Assembly (NCBI GenBank): GCA_013178375.1
Contig: JABLXQ010000009.1
Coordinates: 82,347 to 146,346, forward strand
DNA length: 64,000 nt
Reading direction: 5' to 3'
DNA from: Gammaproteobacteria bacterium
Lineage (GTDB): Bacteria; Pseudomonadota; Gammaproteobacteria; Pseudomonadales; Ketobacteraceae
Of the stretch, positions 37,947-46,904 are shown in pieces (within the stretch, counting starts at the first letter, position 1; every line of letters begins with the position of its first letter). A program made the translations under genes and the position numbers. The notes under the pieces are model-generated. The model was not told the DNA's origin. It did no database searches and saw nothing but the letters and a program-made list of their open reading frames with translations.

Positions 37947-39182
37947 TTACAGGGCCGGACTGATCCGGAACAGCATCGCCTTCAGGTACTGGGTTTCGGG
38001 AATGGCGGGGTGGATCGGATGATCCGGGCCCTGGCTGCCACGGAACAGCAGCTGGGCGTGACGGTCCACATGGCGGGCAGCGCCGCGCACCGTGTCCAGC
38101 AAGATCTCTTCCGGCAAATGCATGGAGCAGGAGCCGGACATCAGAAACCCGTTCTGTTCCAGCAACCGGATCGCCAGCGTATTCAGCTTCTTGTAGGCAC
38201 TGAGGCCGTTGTTGAAATCCTTCTTGCGCTTGATGAACGCGGGCGGATCGATGATCACCACGTCGAACTTGTGGCCGTCTGCCAGCAGCGCTTCCAGCAC
38301 ATCAAAGGCGTTGCCTTCCAGCGTGGTCACCTTGTCCACGATGCCCTGGCGCTCGGCGTTGGCCTGCAGCTGATCCAGCGCAGATTCCGATGCGTCCACC
38401 GCGAACAGCTCGCTGGCACCGGCAGCCATGCACTGCAAGCCCCAGCCGCCGACGTAGGAGAACACGTCCAGCACCTTGCGGCCTTTCACCCAGCGCATCA
38501 GCTCGCGGCGGTTTTCGCGGTGATCGTAGAACCAGCCTGTCTTCTGGCCTTCGCGGCTGTCCACCTGGAACTGCACGCCGTTTTCTTCCAGCACCAACTG
38601 ATCAGGCCATTCGCCCGCTGCCACTTCCACCGCCAGCGGCAGGCCTTCCTGCTCGCGCAGGGGGCTGTCGTTGCGCCAGAGCACGGCCTTGGGCTTCAGC
38701 ACCTGTTGTAGGGCCGCCAGCAGCGGCTGCTTCAGGCGCTCCATGCCGGCGGTGTTGAGCTGCGCCACCAGATAATCGCCGAAGCGGTCCACCACCAGGC
38801 CGGACAGGCCGTCGCTGTCACCGTACACCAGCCGGTAAAAAGGTTTGCTGTACACGGTTTCGCGCAGGGACAGCGCCTCCTGCAGGCGCTCCGCCAGCAG
38901 CTTCTGGTTCAGCGCACACCGCCAGTCGCGGCTGAGCAGGCGGCAGCAGATCAGCGAGTGCGGGTTGGCATAACCACGTCCCAGGGGCAGGCCGCCGGCA
39001 GTTTCCACCACCACTTCGCAGCCGGGTTCCAGGTCTTTCAGTGGCGTGGCGGCGATATCCACTTCGTTGCTGTAGATCCACAGATGTCCACCCTTCAGGC
39101 GGCGATCTTCCTTGGCTTTCAAGCGGATACGGGGGAGTGATTCTGGTTGCTGCGATTCTGGGGACTGCGATTTTGAAGACAC
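37947..39182 (-). CDS. rlmI: 23S rRNA m5C1962 methyltransferase RlmI-like (PUA plus class I SAM methyltransferase).
   Basis: KGGHLWIYSNEV is an RlmI-like N-terminus. VLDVFSYVGGWG is the SAM motif I. DPPAF is motif IV. The start is ambiguous: a GTG at 39182 is chosen (Ser/Pro/Gln-rich leader), a TTG at 39122 is the alternative, and the listed ORF runs to 39293. Confidence 0.7.
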   Translation of the reverse strand: MSSKSQSPESQQPESLPRIRLKAKEDRRLKGGHLWIYSNEVDIAATPLKDLEPGCEVVVETAGGLPLGRGYANPHSLICCRLLSRDWRCALNQKLLAERLQEALSLRETVYSKPFYRLVYGDSDGLSGLVVDRFGDYLVAQLNTAGMERLKQPLLAALQQVLKPKAVLWRNDSPLREQEGLPLAVEVAAGEWPDQLVLEENGVQFQVDSREGQKTGWFYDHRENRRELMRWVKGRKVLDVFSYVGGWGLQCMAAGASELFAVDASESALDQLQANAERQGIVDKVTTLEGNAFDVLEALLADGHKFDVVIIDPPAFIKRKKDFNNGLSAYKKLNTLAIRLLEQNGFLMSGSCSMHLPEEILLDTVRGAARHVDRHAQLLFRGSQGPDHPIHPAIPETQYLKAMLFRISPAL

Positions 39183-39274
39183 GGTGCGGACTCGGCTGGG
39201 CAAAGGGCAATGCAGGGGACGGCTGCTACACTGAATTGCAGTGCTTGAATTCAGGAACGGGCAAGTATACCGGA

Positions 39275-40168
39275 ATGAGCGACCCCACCCCACTGGACGA
39301 CGAGAAAATCCAGCGCATCCTGCGCGGGATCACCGTGCCGCCGCAGCCGCAGATCATTGTCGACATTCACATGGAACAGGCGATGCCGAACCCGGACATC
39401 AACCGGATCGGCAAGCTGATCAGTCACGACGTGGGTCTGGCGGGCACCATCCTCAAGGTGGTGAACTCCAGCCTGTTCGGCCTGAAAAACCGGATTACCT
39501 CGATTGAGCAGGCGGTACGCATCCTGGGCCTGCAGACCATCATCCGCATCACCGAGGGCCTGTCGATCAAGGGCGAGATGGACGACGAAACCATCATTGC
39601 CATGGGCGGCTTCTGGGACAGCGCCATGGACATTGCGTCCGTCTCTGCCACCATCGCCCGCAACATTGGCTACCAGTCGCCAGACAAGGCCTATTGCCTG
39701 GGCCTGTTCCACAATTGCGGCGTGCCACTGCTGATGCGCGCCCATGCCGACTACCCCGACATCATGCGCGAATCCTATTCCCATCCCGGCGAGCGGGTGA
39801 TCGACACCGAGAACCGCAAGCTGAAGACCAACCATGCGGTGGTGGGCTATTTCGTGGCGAAATCCTGGAGCCTGCCGCCGGACCTGTGCGAAGTGATCGC
39901 CGAACACCACAGCAGCGAGGACATTTTCCGCGAGTCCACCCGCGCCACTTACGACGGCGGCAAGAAAACCCTGCTGGCAATCCTGAAGATGGCGGAGCAC
40001 ATCTGCGGCCTGCACTCGACCCTGGGCGGACAGGCGGAGGATCACGAATGGAACGCCATCTGCCACGATCTGCTGGCCTATGTGGGCCTGAGCGACCTGG
40101 ATTTCGACGACATGGCAGCACGGCTGGAACACCTGGGCGTCAACAGCCAGGACACCTTTCACGACTAG
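39275..40168 (+). CDS. HDOD-domain signalling protein.
   Basis: ILKVVNSSLFGLKNRITSIEQAVRILGL ... LGLFHNCG ... VIAEHH carry HD-related output domain (HDOD) signatures. The ATG at 39275 lies inside the longer listed ORF. Confidence 0.65.
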   Translation: MSDPTPLDDEKIQRILRGITVPPQPQIIVDIHMEQAMPNPDINRIGKLISHDVGLAGTILKVVNSSLFGLKNRITSIEQAVRILGLQTIIRITEGLSIKGEMDDETIIAMGGFWDSAMDIASVSATIARNIGYQSPDKAYCLGLFHNCGVPLLMRAHADYPDIMRESYSHPGERVIDTENRKLKTNHAVVGYFVAKSWSLPPDLCEVIAEHHSSEDIFRESTRATYDGGKKTLLAILKMAEHICGLHSTLGGQAEDHEWNAICHDLLAYVGLSDLDFDDMAARLEHLGVNSQDTFHD

Positions 40169-40276
40169 CACCCGGCGATCTCCAGACAGTCAATTGGCTT
40201 GCAAAATTGCCACGCAATAGTCCTATGGTTAGACTACCCGCCACGTCGGATCAGGGAATTGGGGCTGAAACCGGTC

Positions 40277-41482
40277 ATGCTGTCGCGTCATCGTTTGGCG
40301 AACCTGCTGTTCGCACTGTTATCCGTATTGCTTCCTGCCTCACTGGCCTTCGCGGCGGTGAGCGGCGTCACTGTGAGCCCGAAACAGGGCACGCTCGATG
40401 TTGCCCAGGGCGGCTCACTCACGTTGAAATGGGTGGTATCCACCAGCCCGGCCCACGCGGGCGGCGCATTTTCGGCCCAGGGCCTGCTCACTGATCCGGT
40501 CACCGGCGCCATCCTGCACACGGTGGCCACACCGTTCAACCGCACCGAAGGCTCCGGGCCTCTGCATTTCGACGAGGTGCTGGCCCTCACGCCAGCGCAA
40601 CTGCAGGAATGGGAGGCGAAAGGCATTTCGGCCGTGTCCTACCAGCGCGCATTCGGTTCCAGCGCCAGCGATACCGGCAACAAGACCGCCGCCGCCAGCG
40701 CCAACCTGATCATCACCCTGACCGGTGCCGCCGACCCCACCACGCCGCGCACCCCTGCCGCCGGCCTGTTCATCCACAAACTCAACCTGCGCTTTGCCAA
40801 CGCCCGCAACAAGAAGCGTTTTTCCCCCGGCAGTTCCCTGCGCGCCAAGCTGGACCTGCGCTATTCCGGCACCGGCCTGCTGCAGGGCACCTGGCAGATC
40901 GCCAGCGAAGTCGGCACCGGCGCCAAACCGGTGTTCACCACCCTGGCACAGGTGCGCCGGCAGCTGAAACTGGCGCAACGGGAATTTCTGGTGAGCCCGG
41001 AACTGCCCACCCAGGAACCGGGCAATTACCGGCTGCGGTTTTGCGTGCAGCCGCTGATCGTGGTGTCGGACCAGTTGCATATCGATGGGCAATGTCCGGA
41101 ACCGGAACTGATGGCCGAAATCGATTACCGCATCGACGGCAAAGATGCGCCCCGCACCACGGTGGAGATCGAACTGCTCACGGCCCTCTCGATGACGCTG
41201 ACGCCACAGACGCCGCTGAAATGGAACAAGCTGAAAGGCGCGGTGGCGTATCAGGTGCAGATTTTCAAATCCGGCAACGATGATGTGGAAGACGCGGTGG
41301 ACGGTGCAGAATTTGTGGTGCGCATGATCAGCAGCCCTGATCGCACCCAGCTGTATCTGTCGGAACTGGCCCGCCAGCAGCTGCAGCCAGGTCAGCAGTA
41401 CCGCTGGCGCGTCACGGCGCACGATGAAAACGCGCTGCTGATCGGCACCAGCGAATTCGCCGAATTTACCTATTTGCCCTGA
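40277..41482 (+). CDS. Secreted hypothetical protein.
   Basis: MLSRHRLANLLFALLSVLLPASLAFA is a signal peptide, followed by a beta-rich body. Its 3' end overlaps the convergent giant gene by 13 nt. Confidence 0.5.
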   Translation: MLSRHRLANLLFALLSVLLPASLAFAAVSGVTVSPKQGTLDVAQGGSLTLKWVVSTSPAHAGGAFSAQGLLTDPVTGAILHTVATPFNRTEGSGPLHFDEVLALTPAQLQEWEAKGISAVSYQRAFGSSASDTGNKTAAASANLIITLTGAADPTTPRTPAAGLFIHKLNLRFANARNKKRFSPGSSLRAKLDLRYSGTGLLQGTWQIASEVGTGAKPVFTTLAQVRRQLKLAQREFLVSPELPTQEPGNYRLRFCVQPLIVVSDQLHIDGQCPEPELMAEIDYRIDGKDAPRTTVEIELLTALSMTLTPQTPLKWNKLKGAVAYQVQIFKSGNDDVEDAVDGAEFVVRMISSPDRTQLYLSELARQQLQPGQQYRWRVTAHDENALLIGTSEFAEFTYLP

Positions 41483-44400
41483 GGCGGGCTGGTTTTGACC
41501 CGCGCATCCAGCGTGCGCAGCTGATCCAGCACCTGCTGCATCTTGTCGTGGGTGCGCAGGTCCAGTCCCAGTTTGCCATCCATGGTTTTCACCAGCGGGT
41601 AGATGCTGTTTTCCAGCGTGTCGGCCAGCGTTTTCAGCATCAGGTCGATGCCGGGGACAGGCTGGTTGATCACCTCCACTTCACAGCGCATCTGCGCTGC
41701 GGCTTCTGCGAAGGCTTGCAGCGCTTTTTCGATGCGTTTGCTTACCTGCTGCTGGTTCTGCTCCACGCTGTGCACCAACGTTTTCAAATGCTCGTTCTGT
41801 TGCGCAGTGCGCGAGTCGTTCAACGTTGCACTGACCTGGCCAACCGCTTCCCCCAGCGCATGCAGCTGCATCACCACGCGGGTGCCAACATCGGCCTCGT
41901 CGCCACCGGTTTGCTTCAGACGCTGGAATTCCTTTTTGATCGCCTGCCAGCGTTGCTGCTGCGCTTCCTGCATATTGCCACGCAATTCCGCCAGCTTGAG
42001 CAGGTTGGCCTCGGTGCCGGATGTGAGCAGCTGCGCTTCACCCAGATAGTGATCGTCGATCAGGGTGAGCAGCTCCGCGTCCGTCATCACTGCTGAAATC
42101 TTTTCCGCCATCTTGTTCATGTTGCGGTAACTGCCCTGCAGCTTGAACGGCGGCTCGGTGCGGAATTTGTCGTCCTGCGCGGCGGAGGCGATGTACTGCT
42201 GGTTCACTTTCAGCACCACCTGCTGGATGCGGAAAAGTTTCTGTAACGTCTCGATGATCTCGCGGGATTCAGCGGCGGAATAGGGATGTTTCAGCTCCAC
42301 TTCGTTGAATGCGCGACCGCGGGCGGCATCGACAAAGCAGTAGAAATCCGCCATGTCGCGGGTGGCCAGCGGCGCCAGCACCGGATTCGAGGTCATGCTG
42401 TTTTCGATGTAGCTGAGCGCGAAGACTTCCTCCATGCCACCGAGCACGTCACCCAGGTTGTAGATGTCGGCGCGGTTGGCCAGCATGTCGGGAATCTTGA
42501 ACAGCTCGCCGCTTTCGGTATACGGGTTGCCCGCCATGCCGACGCAGAATTTCTTGCCACGCATGTCGTAGGTTTTGGTGACACCTTTCCACACGCCTTC
42601 AATGCGGCGCGTGCCATCGCACAGGGAAATGAATTTCTGCAGGAACTCAGGATTGGTGTGCTGGATGTCATCCAGGTACAGCATCACGTTGTTGCCCATT
42701 TCCAGCGCCAGGTTGAGCTTTTCCAGCTCCTGCCGCGCGGTGGCGTTCGGTGCCTGCTGCGGATCAAGGGAATCCACCTGATGGCCCAGCGACGGGCAGT
42801 TGATCTTCATGAAGATCAGACCGAGACGGTGGGCGACATATTCCATCAGCGTGGTTTTGCCGTAACCCGGCGGCGAGATCAGCATCAGCAGACCCATCAG
42901 ATCGGTGCGCCGGTTCTCGCCCACGGTGCCCATCTGCTTGGCTAGGTTGGCGCCGATGATGGGCAGGTAGGATTCGCTGATCAGCTTGTTGCGCACGAAG
43001 GACGAGAGCGGGCGCGGCTTGAACTGGTCCAGCCGCAGCCGGCGTTTTTCCTGCTCGATGATGCGCTGGCGGGTTTCCAGAAACTGCAGATAGGTCGGTA
43101 CGGTGTGATCGGCATGCTGCTGCAGGCGCAGCAGAAATTCATCCAGCCGGATGGGCAGATTGCCCTGCTGGATAGTGGCGTGGGACGACAATAATTTTTC
43201 CACGCTGAACTGCAGGTTGAGTTCGCGCGGCTGCCAGCGCAGGCGGGTATCCACCAGCAGGCGGGCAGCGGCTTCTTCGGCATAAGGTGTCAAGGTGTTA
43301 TGTGTCGACGCGCTGTCGGCCTGCCTGTGCAGCCACGCCTGCACCCAGCCCAGCACGAAGCGCCAGGCGGCACCGGGCTGTTCCTGCAGATTTTTCACCG
43401 TTTCATCAAAAGTAGCGGCGGCGTTGGCGGTATTGAGCGCCATGCGCAGCTGCTCCACCAGCGTGAGCGCCGCGCGGGTGATCACAAATTCCGCCTGTGG
43501 CCGCGCCAGTTCCCGCAGCAGGTACTGGGCGGCGCGGGCGCTTTGGGCAGAATCCGTTTCGATCTGCTGCTGGTGCAGAAAATCCCGCAGCTGCTGCTGG
43601 ATTTCATTCTGCAACTGCTGCAGCGCGTTGGCGGAACCAAACAGGTTGAGCATGTGCAGCGCCGATTGCGCCCGTGCCGGCCAGATGCCGGTGTGCGCAT
43701 CACGGCAATAGCGGCTCCAGAACAGCGTGGCCAGCGCGCGGGTGGGCGGATCGAAGCGCAACAGGTCGGCCATTTCATACAGCGGCAGCAGCTGGTCCAG
43801 AATCAGCGTGGCGTCATGATCGTGAATGCCCCGTTCATAACCTTCGCGATAGCGCGGTTCGGCATAGCGGCGCACGCAGTTCAACAAACCGTCGGGCTGT
43901 TGCCGTGCCTGCCGCAACTGGTCCAGTGAAAGCTGTTCGGTGCCACTTTCGGCATGGCGCAGCACAGAATAGGCCAGATATTCCGCCCGGCTCACCTGCT
44001 GGTTTTCCGACGGCAGCGACATGGACCAGAACGCCTGCGTGCCGGCGAGCGTTTCCGCATCCAGCGCTTCATAAAAATCCGTGCCGGTGAGATGAAAATA
44101 CAGCGCGCCATCGCGGGGCAACAGAGTCAGATCCAGTTCCTGCTGATTGACGCTGAAACGGTGCAACGGCCCCAACTTCACCACATTGCCGTCGGCTTCG
44201 TAAATATCGGCCTTGTCGCGCAGGCCGCGCACCGACTGATCCTTCAGCGCCTTCAGTCGCGCTTCAATATCATCGGCCTTGACGCTGTCATCCAGTCCGC
44301 GCAGTTGCTGCGCCAGCTGCCGCAGTTTTTCCACCAGCGGATCGGAACTGAAAAACGTATTGTGCTCGTCCTCGTTGCGGAACTTGCCGCTGCGACGCTT

Positions 44401-46770
44401 GATGCCGTCGATGATGCGGTTGGCGGCATCCAGCAGCGTCTGCGCCCGGCGCTGGCGCTCATCCAGCAGCTGCTGCTTGTGGGTTTCGAAACTTTCAAAA
44501 ATTTCCTCGCGCTTGCCTAGGATGTCAGCGAGGAACTCGTCGTGTTCACCGAACTGGCTTTCCAGCTCCTGCAGCTGGGTCATGATGCGCGACAGCTGTT
44601 CGTCGCAGCGCTCCGGTGTGTTCGACAGCGCCAGTCCGTTGGTAACGCTTTGCGCCAGCAACTTGAACTGGGCGGAAAATTGCGCCAGCGCCTCGGCAGA
44701 ACCCAGATTTTTCACCTGGTTCTGCGCCCGCGCCCGCACCTGGTTCAGTTGTGAATACAGCGCGGAAATGGCGTCGATGATACGGGTGCGGGTGTTGGCT
44801 TCGGCCGAGGTGATGCCGCTGATGGTTTCGGTGAGCAGATCCAGGCCCTGACTCAGCTGATCCAGCTTCTGCAACGGCGCTTCCAGTTCGGCGCGAATGG
44901 CAATCGCAGCAATCTGTTTGTCCAGCTCACCCAGATCGCGGTACAGCGGCTTCAGCGCTTCCTCTTTTGCCAGAAACTCCACCGTGCGCTGCGACAGCTG
45001 CAGCCGCGCCTTGTCCAGCTGCTGATCCAGTTCCGTAATTCTGTTCTTGTCGATATAGCGGTATTCACCGATGGTCAGCAGATGGCCGCGCATCTTGCGA
45101 ATGTCCGCCAGACCCTGCACGAACGGTTGTGGCGTGGTCCAGCTGTCGGGCTGGATCTGTTTCAGCAGGGCGCGGGTTTGTGCGTCGGCTTTATCCAGCG
45201 CCTCGCCGGAACTGCGGCGGATGGCCGCCACCTTTTCATATTCATCCAGGATCAGCTCGCCAGTTTCGACGATCTGGTGCAGCAGTGCAGCAGTCTCCTG
45301 CATCTCCGTCGCGCCGATCCAGTGATACTGATCGAACAGGCGCCCCGCGTATTTGCACAGCTCGTGATAATGCGTGGCCTGGGCATCGGGTTTGCGAACC
45401 AGCTGGCACACACCAAACAGATCGGAAATACCCCGCACCAGATCCGCGTTACCGATGCGGCCGAAAAAAGTCCGCGACTGCTGTGTCTGGCTGGCGTGCA
45501 CGTCGGAATAGAATGGCGTCTGCCACAGCTGCATCGGATGCACGCGGGTAGGTTCGCTTTCCGCCTGGAACATCAGCATGCGGCCGTCTTCAAAACGGGC
45601 ACAGCCGTGGGCATACAGCGGCGTGCGCAACTGCCGCTCGATCAGATTGTACGGGTACAGCGCCACCAGCCCGTTCACTGGCTCGTACAGCAGATACAGC
45701 ACATCCTCGCCGTTGGGGGATTTGATGGCGCGCTTGAAACGCAGGCCGGCATTGGGCTCATCGAACGTCTTGTAATCGCCGGTCTGCAGATAAAAGCCGC
45801 CTGGAAACAGAATGCCGTGATTGTCAGGCAGCTGCACGCAACTATCACCGATGGCGTCGATCCGCACCACGGATTCGTTGAGGCGGTTGAACACCAGATA
45901 ACGCCACTGCGGTTCCTGGTAGGGGCGGATTTTCAGCAGGATCAGCTGGCCCAGCTCCGCGAAAAAAAATTCCGCGTCGTCGAGGGACTGGTTGGGATCG
46001 GCCACCGGATCGGAATACACGCCCTTGCCGGTGGCGGTGTTGTTTTCCACCTTGATGGTGAGATCGCCGCCAATGGTGTCGACGAAAATCGTGTCGAGAA
46101 TATTCAGGTGGGGATGGCGGCCTTCCACGATCAGCTCCCGCGCCACCGGCCGCCATTCGAAATCCTGCGGCGATGGCAGCTGGATGTCGCGTTCGCCACG
46201 ATTGTCGATGTATTCAATACGCTGGCCATCGGCTGAAACGGACCAGCGGAACACGCGCTGGTCCGCCGCCCGCTCGCCGATCTGGAAACTGGCCAGCAGT
46301 TTGCCGTCCCACACCACCAGCAGGGTGAGCACGGTATTTTTGTAATAGGTGTACAGCTCGTTGAAATCGGACTGGAAGCGGGCGTCCGCCAGAAAGGTAT
46401 TCTCGATCGGAACGGCATCCATTTCCGGATTGCCGTCCCGCTCTACCAGTTTGTAGACGGAGAACACGTCGGCCACCTGGGTGGATTTTTTCAGGCCGAG
46501 AAACACGTTGTAGCCGAACAGCAGGCTGTCGCCCACGCGTACGATATCGCGCGCCACACAATTGTTTTCGGTGCGCACGCGGGTGCGGCCAATCACCTGC
46601 ATTTCGGTGGAGCCGAATTCCTCCAGCCGCTGTTTGTTAAGACCAGTGGCCAGCGCCTCCAGGCGATTGCCCTGCTCCAGCAGACGCTTGCGGATAACCT
46701 CATACGCCGAACCCTGGGTGACCGCCTGTTCCACCTGCTGCTCGCCGACAGCCGCCGGTGCCTTGTCCAT
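41470..46770 (-). CDS. Giant (about 1767 aa) protein with a C-proximal AAA+ ATPase domain and a coiled-coil tail.
   Basis: Walker A LMLISPPGYGKTTLMEY, Walker B MLYLDDIQHTNPE and sensor-1-like FCVGMAGNPYTE lie near residues 1250-1400. About 1200 aa N-terminal of them carry no motif I recognise. The C-terminal 300 aa are Q/E/L-rich coiled coil. Its start is either the ATG at 46770 or a TTG at 46797. Confidence 0.75.
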   Translation of the reverse strand: MDKAPAAVGEQQVEQAVTQGSAYEVIRKRLLEQGNRLEALATGLNKQRLEEFGSTEMQVIGRTRVRTENNCVARDIVRVGDSLLFGYNVFLGLKKSTQVADVFSVYKLVERDGNPEMDAVPIENTFLADARFQSDFNELYTYYKNTVLTLLVVWDGKLLASFQIGERAADQRVFRWSVSADGQRIEYIDNRGERDIQLPSPQDFEWRPVARELIVEGRHPHLNILDTIFVDTIGGDLTIKVENNTATGKGVYSDPVADPNQSLDDAEFFFAELGQLILLKIRPYQEPQWRYLVFNRLNESVVRIDAIGDSCVQLPDNHGILFPGGFYLQTGDYKTFDEPNAGLRFKRAIKSPNGEDVLYLLYEPVNGLVALYPYNLIERQLRTPLYAHGCARFEDGRMLMFQAESEPTRVHPMQLWQTPFYSDVHASQTQQSRTFFGRIGNADLVRGISDLFGVCQLVRKPDAQATHYHELCKYAGRLFDQYHWIGATEMQETAALLHQIVETGELILDEYEKVAAIRRSSGEALDKADAQTRALLKQIQPDSWTTPQPFVQGLADIRKMRGHLLTIGEYRYIDKNRITELDQQLDKARLQLSQRTVEFLAKEEALKPLYRDLGELDKQIAAIAIRAELEAPLQKLDQLSQGLDLLTETISGITSAEANTRTRIIDAISALYSQLNQVRARAQNQVKNLGSAEALAQFSAQFKLLAQSVTNGLALSNTPERCDEQLSRIMTQLQELESQFGEHDEFLADILGKREEIFESFETHKQQLLDERQRRAQTLLDAANRIIDGIKRRSGKFRNEDEHNTFFSSDPLVEKLRQLAQQLRGLDDSVKADDIEARLKALKDQSVRGLRDKADIYEADGNVVKLGPLHRFSVNQQELDLTLLPRDGALYFHLTGTDFYEALDAETLAGTQAFWSMSLPSENQQVSRAEYLAYSVLRHAESGTEQLSLDQLRQARQQPDGLLNCVRRYAEPRYREGYERGIHDHDATLILDQLLPLYEMADLLRFDPPTRALATLFWSRYCRDAHTGIWPARAQSALHMLNLFGSANALQQLQNEIQQQLRDFLHQQQIETDSAQSARAAQYLLRELARPQAEFVITRAALTLVEQLRMALNTANAAATFDETVKNLQEQPGAAWRFVLGWVQAWLHRQADSASTHNTLTPYAEEAAARLLVDTRLRWQPRELNLQFSVEKLLSSHATIQQGNLPIRLDEFLLRLQQHADHTVPTYLQFLETRQRIIEQEKRRLRLDQFKPRPLSSFVRNKLISESYLPIIGANLAKQMGTVGENRRTDLMGLLMLISPPGYGKTTLMEYVAHRLGLIFMKINCPSLGHQVDSLDPQQAPNATARQELEKLNLALEMGNNVMLYLDDIQHTNPEFLQKFISLCDGTRRIEGVWKGVTKTYDMRGKKFCVGMAGNPYTESGELFKIPDMLANRADIYNLGDVLGGMEEVFALSYIENSMTSNPVLAPLATRDMADFYCFVDAARGRAFNEVELKHPYSAAESREIIETLQKLFRIQQVVLKVNQQYIASAAQDDKFRTEPPFKLQGSYRNMNKMAEKISAVMTDAELLTLIDDHYLGEAQLLTSGTEANLLKLAELRGNMQEAQQQRWQAIKKEFQRLKQTGGDEADVGTRVVMQLHALGEAVGQVSATLNDSRTAQQNEHLKTLVHSVEQNQQQVSKRIEKALQAFAEAAAQMRCEVEVINQPVPGIDLMLKTLADTLENSIYPLVKTMDGKLGLDLRTHDKMQQVLDQLRTLDARVKTSPPQGK

Positions 46771-46904
46771 TACCGCCACGCGATTCTTCCTCTGCAAACG
46801 ATTCTTGCTCTGACAGCGTCGTGGAAATATGCCGGTGTCCGGCTAACGCGATCGTTCGCGCCGCCAGACCTTCCGGTGTCATGTTACGGGCTCATGCTGC
46901 AGGG

